64,000 bases of DNA from a virus. How positions within the stretch are numbered: the first letter of the stretch is position 1; each line of letters starts with the position of its first letter. Both the position numbers and the translations under genes were made by a program. The DNA is taken from positions 4,798-68,797 of IMG/VR virus record IMGVR_UViG_3300045885_000299. One strand, written 5' to 3'. The notes beneath the pieces were generated by a model, which ran no database searches, was not told the DNA's origin, and saw only the letters and a program-made list of their open reading frames with translations. Below are positions 57,518 to 64,000 of this stretch, piece after piece.

Positions 57518-57657
57518 ACCGGCTTCCGGGCGATCGCGTTGCGCAAGGCCAGCGCACGGGCCTCGTAGCACGGCCAGGGCAGCTTGCACAGGGCGCAGCG
57601 CACGATGCGCGTGTTCGGCTTATGCAGCATCTCCAGGTCGAGCTGGTGCTTGTCCAT
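57514..57657 (-). CDS. Small Zn-binding protein (47 aa)
   Basis: Translated by hand: MDKHQLDLEMLHKPNTRIVRCALCKLPWPCYEAR.. Confidence 0.65.
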   Translation of the reverse strand: MDKHQLDLEMLHKPNTRIVRCALCKLPWPCYEARALALRNAIARKPV

Positions 57658-57669
57658 GTGCCGTGTTTG

Positions 57670-57698
57670 AGCATGCCCGCGGTGCCTTGCGAATGCAA
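57670..57698 (-). promoter_or_regulatory. Promoter TTGCAT-N17-CATGCT overlapped by the operator TTGCGAATGCAA
   Basis: Exact 17-nt spacer; operator is identical (inverted) to the one at 1192-1203. Confidence 0.6.
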
Positions 57699-57709
57699 CC
57701 CCGCTACGA

Positions 57710-58800
57710 GGGTGTGGTGGGGAGCGCTGGAGTGGGAAGCGAAGGTGCGCTTAGACGAGGCGCGTCGGTGGCGGCCAGGTGAGCATAGGCGGGTGCAGGT
57801 CTGAGTTGTCGGCGGGGACGGGGGCGGGTCGGCGTCGTGTTGGCTCGTGAGGGCTCGGGCTGTCGGCGTGGCTGGATGGGAGACGGTCCGGGTAGCGTCG
57901 GGGCGGCGCGGGTTGTCGGTGAGCCGAAGGTGTGGGCAGGCGCGCACAGGGTAGTCGGCGTGACGCGAGCTGTGTTGCGGCGGCAAGCGGGCGATGAGGG
58001 CAGTCGGTTCGGCAAGGCTTGATCCGGATGAGCTGCGGACGGGCGAGGGATGAGTTGTCGGTGTGCCGTGGCTTGATGTGGATCAGGCGGGGGTGGGCTT
58101 GGCTGGTGCAGTCGATGGGCTGGCGGGGCGGGGGCCGGTATGTCGGATCTGGCTTGGGACGGCAGGGCAGGGCCGGCGTAGGTTGGACGGGGACTGTCGA
58201 GACGGCTGGTTTTGGCGTGGCGGGGCGTGACCAGGGTTTGACTAGTCGAGGAGTGCTGGCGAGTACGGAGCGAGACGCGGGATGGGACGGCAAGGGGCGT
58301 CGAGTGGACCTGACAATGACGAGACCAGGGGCGACCAGGGAAGCGCAGGCACGGTGAGTCGACTGGCTTGCGACGGCAGGACGCGCAGTTGGCATGGCGG
58401 GGGTAGTCGGAGCAGCGGCGGGCACAGGAATGGGTTGGCTAGTCGGGGTGTGCTGGCGAGGCGAGGGCTCGGCCTGAGCAGGGCGAGGCTTGGCCCGGGT
58501 TGTCGACTCGAGCAGGGTTGGGCGGCGCAGGGCGGGTTTGAGTGGACATGGGCCGGTTGGCGCAGTCGGTGCGGGCCGGATCGGGCGGGCAGGCGAAGGC
58601 CTTGGTTTGAGTAGTCGGTGCGAGCAGACATGGCAGGGTAAGGCGAGCGCTGGCGGGCAGTTGGCCAGGGTAGTCGGGCCGGGCGGGCTTGACGGGCTAT
58701 GTCGAGGGAAGTCGGTGCGCTCAGGCGAGGGACGGACGGCGAGGGCTCGGGACGGGTGGGGTAGTCGGGCGCCGGGCAGGGTAGATAAGTCGGGGTAGAG
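57710..58800. ncRNA. Non-coding array of ~21 GTCG-delimited units made of G-initiated pentamers; candidate guide-RNA array for the adjacent RAMP protein
   Basis: 5-nt periodic G on the plus strand, strong G/C skew, delimiter (T/A/C)GTCG(G/A) every 25-63 nt, no credible ORF. Confidence 0.8.
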
Positions 58801-58825
58801 CGTCCCGAATGCCTTTGTCAGAAGG

Positions 58826-59557
58826 TCAGGGTCGGGAGCGCGATCGCCGCGGCGCGGCGCTGGTGTGCTCGATGGCTTCCCACTCGAGCAGGTCAAACTT
58901 GCCGAAGCCCTGGCTACGCAGGGCGCCCAGGCCGAGCTCCTGGCTCTGGACCCAAATGTCGGCCCACCACTCGGGCTCGATCGAATCCCTGGTCACCTTG
59001 ACCTCGAACTCGATCTCCGAGCGCTGCGTGTACTCGTGGTAGCCAAGCGTGCTCTTCGGCCCCTGCGGCCCGCTCGGATGCCCAATCGCCAGGTGCACGC
59101 CGTCCGGCTCGGTGCGGCCCAGCCACAGCATGTCGGGCTCGACAAACACCCGTTCCGCCAGAAACGACTTGGGCCCCTTGCGCGTGGCGCCCCACTTGTC
59201 GCCGGCGTACAGGATGTTGGTCGCCTCCTTGAGCAGCGCCTTGATCTGCCTGGACTCGATATACAAGCCGCCCTCGGGGTCCCTCTTAAAGCCGGCCGTC
59301 TCGCGCGCCTCGGCCACCTTCCTCGAGGCCTCTTCGATCTCTTCGGGGCTCATGTTCTCGCGCCAGGTGCCCTGCTCGATCATGGTGCGGCGCATCATGG
59401 TCTGGATTTCCTGGCTATCGGTGACGCCGGTCTTGGCGCGCAGCCAGCCCTCAACGACGGCCGGGTCCTTGGGCACGCCGCCCATGACCAGGTCCCTGAA
59501 AGCCAACCTGCCCCGATAGCGCCGGAAGAGGCTTGAACGCGAGTCGAAAATTCCCAC
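58826..59557 (-). CDS. Stand-alone Cas7/Csm3-like RAMP-superfamily protein
   Basis: YRGRLAF..VMGG (beta1), GLYIESRQIKALLKEA helix, EIEFEVKV, C-terminal Gly-loop GLGALRSQGFGKF; RBS GAAGGAG before GTG. Confidence 0.85.
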   Translation of the reverse strand: MGIFDSRSSLFRRYRGRLAFRDLVMGGVPKDPAVVEGWLRAKTGVTDSQEIQTMMRRTMIEQGTWRENMSPEEIEEASRKVAEARETAGFKRDPEGGLYIESRQIKALLKEATNILYAGDKWGATRKGPKSFLAERVFVEPDMLWLGRTEPDGVHLAIGHPSGPQGPKSTLGYHEYTQRSEIEFEVKVTRDSIEPEWWADIWVQSQELGLGALRSQGFGKFDLLEWEAIEHTSAAPRRSRSRP

Positions 59558-60125
59558 GGTTCATCTCCTTCTTGATCTTCTGCGACAAGTCCACGATCTG
59601 CTCCGCGGAAAAGACCTCGCCCACCTTCTTGGTGTCATCCGGCAGCGCTGCCATCAGCCGCTCCTTGAGGATCGCCTTGAAGCCGAAGTGAAACGCCTTG
59701 CTCAGGTCGAAGTCGATCGAGTCGGACAGCTGGGAACGGGTCAGGTCCAGGAGCGGCAGGGTGCGGTTCTGCGAGGGCACGAACTCGCGCATGGCTTCGA
59801 TGCGCTCGAAGATGGTGTCCTGGCGTTTGGCGGAAAGCTCGGTGATCGGCGGTGCGTCGGGGTTTCTGAGATCGAGCGTGCCGAAGAAGCCGTGGCGCGT
59901 CCGAGAAAACTGCATCCTCAACTCGAACGCCAGGATGTGGTTGAACTCGCTGACCAGGAACGTCTCGACCAGCTGCCGATCGTCGTCCGGCAGCAAGCGT
60001 GCGACGTGTGCGGCGACCTCGGCGGCGCCCAATTCGGGGTGGTCCTCGGCGGCCTCGGCGAGCAGCGCCATGATGCGCCGGCGTGGGCTCATCTCCTGAA
60101 TGTCGCTCACCTCAGCCTCCGTCAT
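59451..60125 (-). CDS. Helical hypothetical protein overlapping the RAMP gene (candidate accessory subunit)
   Basis: 224 aa; ATGA-coupled start; 107-nt overlap with the RAMP gene. Confidence 0.75.
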   Translation of the reverse strand: MTEAEVSDIQEMSPRRRIMALLAEAAEDHPELGAAEVAAHVARLLPDDDRQLVETFLVSEFNHILAFELRMQFSRTRHGFFGTLDLRNPDAPPITELSAKRQDTIFERIEAMREFVPSQNRTLPLLDLTRSQLSDSIDFDLSKAFHFGFKAILKERLMAALPDDTKKVGEVFSAEQIVDLSQKIKKEMNRGNFRLAFKPLPALSGQVGFQGPGHGRRAQGPGRR

Positions 60126-60439
60126 GCGAAACGTCTGAGTGCCCAGGCGACCTGCTCGTCGCTGAGCGAACCGAACTCGTCGGGGTCGTTGGCGTCCTGG
60201 CCAAGCACGACGATGGTGCCGACCAGCACGCCATACTGCGCCAGGGACACGTTGGGCGGCAGCCCCTGGAGCTGGCCTTCCTCGTTACAGAGCAGCAGCA
60301 AGTCGTCGGAGTGCAGCAATTCGATGTAGCCGCCGACCGCGTGCTGCAAGGCCTCGAGCGTGTTGGGGATGATCGCCGCGCTGGGCGGCTCACCGGGTGG
60401 CTTGATAACCACGCGGATGGTCTTAGTTTTTGCGGTCAT
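60122..60439 (-). CDS. DUF3846-like protein
   Basis: NTLEALQHAVGGYIE..CNEEG..GLPPN..VGTIVV..F.SL. Confidence 0.8.
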   Translation of the reverse strand: MTAKTKTIRVVIKPPGEPPSAAIIPNTLEALQHAVGGYIELLHSDDLLLLCNEEGQLQGLPPNVSLAQYGVLVGTIVVLGQDANDPDEFGSLSDEQVAWALRRFA

Positions 60440-60779
60440 CGCTGTGTCCGAAGTGACCTTTGAAGCAATACACGTCCTCGTCGTCGTAGACGAACACGAC
60501 CACGAACTCGCGCTGCGGGTCGTAGCTCTTCACACGAGACGCCGTCCACTCGTCGGGCCAGTCAAGCAGCGGATCGGCGTCCACCTCGGCCTGCGCGAAG
60601 TACAGCGCCCTGGCCATACCCGGGCGGAAGCGGCGTCCAGGATCGGCCTCGTGGAACACCAGCGCGCCGCGGCCGTACTCGGCGTAGCCGTCCAAACACG
60701 CCTTCCTGATCTGTTCCGGCACGGCGTGCATAAACAGTTCCAGCTCGCGCTGGCGCCTGGTGTGTTTTCTCGAACTCAC
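60423..60779 (-). CDS. Hypothetical protein
   Basis: GYAEYGRGALV..YDPQREFVVVF. Confidence 0.65.
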   Translation of the reverse strand: MSSRKHTRRQRELELFMHAVPEQIRKACLDGYAEYGRGALVFHEADPGRRFRPGMARALYFAQAEVDADPLLDWPDEWTASRVKSYDPQREFVVVFVYDDEDVYCFKGHFGHSDDRKN

Positions 60780-60823
60780 TGCGCCGCTGCGGACGCAACA
60801 CCTACGGGGTCCACAGCGCGAGT

Positions 60824-61024
60824 CTAGCGCACCACGTCCTGGGGCAGTCCATCGGTCCAGTTGGTGGTCACGCTGTACTCGGCGCCGAGCCGGTCCAGGT
60901 CGCGCAACAACCCGCTCACGTTGTCGATGGTGAGCGGTTTGGTGGTGCGCCACACCAGGTGGACCGTGATGCGCAAGCCGTCACCAAACGACTCGATGTT
61001 GATCGTGCCGCTGCGCAACTCCAT
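60824..61024 (-). CDS. Small hypothetical protein
   Basis: RBS GGGAG; globular composition. Confidence 0.6.
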   Translation of the reverse strand: MELRSGTINIESFGDGLRITVHLVWRTTKPLTIDNVSGLLRDLDRLGAEYSVTTNWTDGLPQDVVR

Positions 61025-61027
61025 GCC

Positions 61028-61240
61028 TTATCTCCCTGGTCGATCGGTGCACGTGCGCCAGTGCGAAACCGCAGTGCGTTTGCCATCGGTCACGTCGAAC
61101 GGGCAAATCTTGTTGTTCGTCTTGGTCCGCCCCCACCAGATGGGCATGCGGCAGTTGACCTGGCGGCACCTGACGATGCGCGCCGACTCGTCTACTTCCT
61201 TCGCGTCCTGGTACGCCGCGGGCTCATCGCCCCGTGCCAT
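61028..61240 (-). CDS. Small Zn-binding protein
   Basis: CRQVNC..IWWGRT..CPFD..SHWRTC. Confidence 0.7.
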   Translation of the reverse strand: MARGDEPAAYQDAKEVDESARIVRCRQVNCRMPIWWGRTKTNNKICPFDVTDGKRTAVSHWRTCTDRPGR

Positions 61241-61446
61241 TGCTTCATCACCTCGTGCGCCAGCTGGTAGGGATCGTGGCCGGCCAGCGCCAGGGCGCCA
61301 AAGGCCAGCTCGGCCTGCGCGTCGTAGTCGGCCGCGGAGAGCCCGGGCAGTGCCGTGTACTCGGCGCCGCGGGTGTCCCAATGGAAACCCAGGCCGAAGA
61401 AGATGACCATGCGCTCGAGCCACTCGCGTGCGCCCTGTTCGCTCAT
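61192..61446 (-). CDS. Small hypothetical protein
   Basis: GLGFHWDT..Y..DPY motif. Confidence 0.6.
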   Translation of the reverse strand: MSEQGAREWLERMVIFFGLGFHWDTRGAEYTALPGLSAADYDAQAELAFGALALAGHDPYQLAHEVMKQWHGAMSPRRTRTRRK

Positions 61447-61655
61447 TCAACAGTCGCGCGCACGCGCTGCGCGGGCGAGACGGCCAGCTCGGCGTGGACC
61501 AGCGTGCGCGCCTGGTGCAGCAGGTGCTCGGCCAGCTGGGCGGCGTCGATGGTGCTGTCGATGGAGTCCTCGAGCGTCACTTCCGCGGCCTCCGTCCCAT
61601 AGTTGCCGTCCGAGACCTGCTTGCGAAAGCTGACCCGAACGAGCCGCTCAGCCAT
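61443..61655 (-). CDS. Small hypothetical protein
   Basis: VSFRKQVSDGNYGTEAAEV. Confidence 0.65.
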   Translation of the reverse strand: MAERLVRVSFRKQVSDGNYGTEAAEVTLEDSIDSTIDAAQLAEHLLHQARTLVHAELAVSPAQRVRATVE

Positions 61656-61794
61656 GCGCGTTGTGCGCGATGTGCCTGGCCCACATCAGTTCGGCCGCTT
61701 TGGGATCGCGGTACGCCTTGGATCGCCAGCCACACTCGCAGACGATCCAGCCACCCCGCCCACTCTCGTACAGGATCGGCCGATGCCCACTCAC
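61648..61794 (-). CDS. Small Zn-binding protein (GH...CECGW.S..H)
   Basis: GTGA-coupled; resembles the ORF at 1-126. Confidence 0.55.
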   Translation of the reverse strand: MSGHRPILYESGRGGWIVCECGWRSKAYRDPKAAELMWARHIAHNAHG

Positions 61795-62189
61795 CCGTGC
61801 TCCGCGCAGTACATGTGAAAGCTCCCGTCGATCGGCGGCGGCACCTTGAGGGTGCTGCTGTCCACACGTTGCGCACACGTTTCACAGCGCCAGTCGGTGC
61901 CCTGGAGCCAGGTCAGGAACGCCGCGCGGAGCCCGGTCTCCGACTCCGGGGCGCTCACCAGCCGCTCGAGCTCGGGCCTTACGTACCCCGCCGCTTTCTG
62001 CGGCTCCGCGCCCGGTAGGGCTCTTGGTCGGAGTCGGACCAGGAGTCGCTCTGTTTCGGGTGTACGTGGGCCATCCAGTCCGGTCTGCACGTAGCGCTCG
62101 AGGCTGGCCCACGCCTCCATCTGCGCCTCGATCACCGCGGCCAGGTTGTTGACCACCTGGTCGTGCGATTCCTTCTTGACCTGCGCCAT
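61791..62189 (-). CDS. Hypothetical protein with C-terminal CxxC..CxxH
   Basis: Coupled ORF. Confidence 0.55.
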   Translation of the reverse strand: MAQVKKESHDQVVNNLAAVIEAQMEAWASLERYVQTGLDGPRTPETERLLVRLRPRALPGAEPQKAAGYVRPELERLVSAPESETGLRAAFLTWLQGTDWRCETCAQRVDSSTLKVPPPIDGSFHMYCAEHG

Positions 62190-62401
62190 CAGAAGCCTTC
62201 CGTGTTTGGCGGCTGCCACTCGAGCAAGATCGGCAGCTCGCTGATGTAGCAGTGGTCGCCCGAGTGCTGCTGCTGCCAGTCGACGTACTGCTGCGCCACC
62301 GCGCGCGAGCCGAACGCATGGATCACGTCGTACACGCCATCTTTGATGTCGATCGAGACCACATACGCCATCACGCGCGTCGTCTCCAGCTCAGCGGTCA
62401 T
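62189..62401 (-). CDS. Small hypothetical protein
   Basis: AYVVS..YDVIHAFGSRAVAQQYV. Confidence 0.65.
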   Translation of the reverse strand: MTAELETTRVMAYVVSIDIKDGVYDVIHAFGSRAVAQQYVDWQQQHSGDHCYISELPILLEWQPPNTEGF

Positions 62402-62678
62402 GCGCCCGATCCCAGCCCTGCTCGAGCGTCAGCGCCAGGTGCGGCACGTCGTAGCTATCGAACGCCGTCTGCAAGCTGCGCCCGAACTGCCCAACGATGC
62501 GCTTCTGGCGCTCATCCAGACCCGGGTGGCGCCACGCCAGCTGCAGATACGCCACCAGCACGAACGCATCATACGGATCGACGTGCACCGTGATCGGTCC
62601 CAACCCGCGCAGCCTTTTGATCTCTTCGGCCATCATCTGCGCGCGCAGTTGCTCGTCCGTCGTGTACTCAGCAGTCAA
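62391..62678 (-). CDS. Hypothetical protein, first gene of the leftward operon containing the RAMP gene
   Basis: LVAYLQLAWRHPGL..EQGWD; GAGG RBS before TTG. Confidence 0.7.
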   Translation of the reverse strand: MTAEYTTDEQLRAQMMAEEIKRLRGLGPITVHVDPYDAFVLVAYLQLAWRHPGLDERQKRIVGQFGRSLQTAFDSYDVPHLALTLEQGWDRAHDR

Positions 62679-62700
62679 CGGTCTACCTCGCTTCTTGCCA

Positions 62701-62712
62701 TTGCATTCGCTA
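62701..62712. promoter_or_regulatory. Operator TTGCATTCGCTA in a divergent intergenic region
   Basis: One mismatch to the 1192 operator. Confidence 0.55.
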
Positions 62713-62725
62713 TGCTACTCCGCGT

Positions 62726-62929
62726 ATGACCCCTGCCAAGTACGAGACCGTGCTCGACCGCGCCGCACGCCACTTCGTCACCCACAACGCCGTCCCACTG
62801 GCGATCATCGGCCAGTCACCTACAGGTGTCGTCGTGTGGACCGACAATCCGCCCGACACCGACGCCGTCATCGCCCTGCTCTACAGCGCCATCGACCACC
62901 TCGCCGGGCTGCCCACCACCAATGGCTGA
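62726..62929 (+). CDS. Small hypothetical protein
   Basis: Good codon bias; divergent orientation. Confidence 0.6.
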   Translation: MTPAKYETVLDRAARHFVTHNAVPLAIIGQSPTGVVVWTDNPPDTDAVIALLYSAIDHLAGLPTTNG

Positions 62930-63227
62930 GCTCAACATGCACGGCCACGCGAACACGTGGGAGGAAGAACTGGTCGAGGTCTGCCATGAGCGTGACGCCC
63001 TCCGCGCCGAGCTCGAGCGCCTGCGCGCGAGACTAGAGCAGGACGGTGCCGAGCTGGATCGGCTGGCTAGCGTCGAGGCCCGTCTCCTGGCCGAAAACCA
63101 GCGCCTCCACACCATCGTCCTCGCCGCTCGCAACCTCGACGCTCACCGCGACGAGGGCTACGCCTCCCTCGTCTCTTACCTCATCCGCCTCCACGACGCC
63201 CTCCACCCCCGCGCAGTGACACCCTAG
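62922..63227 (+). CDS. Coiled-coil hypothetical protein
   Basis: MAELNMHG..ERDALRAELERLRARLE. Confidence 0.6.
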   Translation: MAELNMHGHANTWEEELVEVCHERDALRAELERLRARLEQDGAELDRLASVEARLLAENQRLHTIVLAARNLDAHRDEGYASLVSYLIRLHDALHPRAVTP

Positions 63228-64000
63228 CTGTCACACCCGACTGGTAGCTGTCCTGACAAATGACTAAATCATTTTGCAGTCGACCGAATTTACCGAATCT
63301 TCGGCGCCGAATTTAGCTCCCATCCCTCGCGCGCGCACGCACGCGCGGACTCCGTGGAACACAGCGTTAACCCTGTGTCTCTGCGCGTAGCTCTGCGTCT
63401 CTGCGCGCAGAGACCCGGAGCGTAGGCAGGCCACCCAGCCGCGGCCCGCCGCGCTGGGGCCCGGTGGCTCCCCTTGGTTTCGGGTTTGCTCAGATGTTCT
63501 TTGGTGGTGGGTCCCGCGGTGGAACGGCGCGGCGGCCCGTCCCAACACCCTCCCTTTGGCACGTGGGGCGCAGCTGGACGGTGGCGCTGTGGGCACGTCC
63601 TGGAGTGGGGGAGGGTGCTCGTTGAGACGTTGCGCTGAGATGCGGCTGAGAACGAATGGCCGATAACCCGACTTAGCGGTCGTCCACCGTCGGGTGGTGA
63701 AGTGGTTGAGACGCGCGGCGTCCCTCGCTGTTCGATGCGCGGATGACCCTCCGGGATATCCATGACGCAGGGACCCTGTGTGCCGCTGCGGAGCACGGTG
63801 CTGCGCGTGACGAGCCTGGCGGCCATGCTGCTTAGGTCCTCCTGGAGCTCTTGGCGAACGGCTGGTTTTGAATTCGGATTCCGACGCCGTGGGCTCCCCC
63901 GACTCCCGCGTCGGCCGCCTGTGGCGCAGCGTGGGGCGACCTGCGGCGCGGAGGGCACAGAGAAAGCCCGCTGCGGGGTCGCAGCGGGCTCAGAGGGCGC

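Noticed and set aside
58510-58535. Concatenated NN string CATTCGCACG resembling the operator core CATTCGCA
   Set aside because: Only 8 nt match and it does not extend; compatible with chance
57710-58800. Canonical CRISPR array
   Set aside because: No 23-47-nt identical repeats; the only constant delimiter is ~4-6 nt, and the inter-delimiter sequence is itself periodic
57751-58896. 381-aa Pro/Arg-rich ORF and other ORFs across the array
   Set aside because: Low-complexity translations caused by G/C skew; 5-nt rather than 3-nt periodicity argues the region is non-coding
1-64000. tRNA/rRNA genes, attP/attL/attR, tape-measure or sheath genes, reverse transcriptase/DGR
   Set aside because: No supporting motifs recognised by eye; tRNAscan and HMM searches are needed to exclude them formally

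Overview
High-GC (roughly 70% by eye) dsDNA tailed-phage genome, nearly complete, with almost all genes on the minus strand and no host-like genes. It has a TerS candidate, TerL, portal, scaffold and N4-gp56-like major capsid protein. Short-tail (podovirus-like) genes are present, and I recognised no tape measure or tail tube. Two very large probable ejected proteins are encoded: ~1450 aa (lysozyme-like + M23 peptidase) and 5009 aa (DarB-like methyltransferase + SNF2 helicase + 2H phosphoesterase). Other genes include a tyrosine recombinase, a replication initiator with internal iterons, an HTH repressor with a genome-wide TTGC-N4-GC(A/T)A operator, a DNA MTase, a PAPS-reductase-family gene, a GT4 glycosyltransferase and two homing endonucleases. 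The standout feature is a stand-alone Cas7/RAMP-like gene (58826-59557) with an overlapping accessory gene and no cas1/cas2 or CRISPR array. It is followed directly by a ~1.1 kb non-coding array (57710-58800) of ~21 GTCG-delimited units built from G-initiated 5-nt modules, a candidate non-CRISPR RNA-guided system. All family calls come from motif recognition by eye; no database searches were run.
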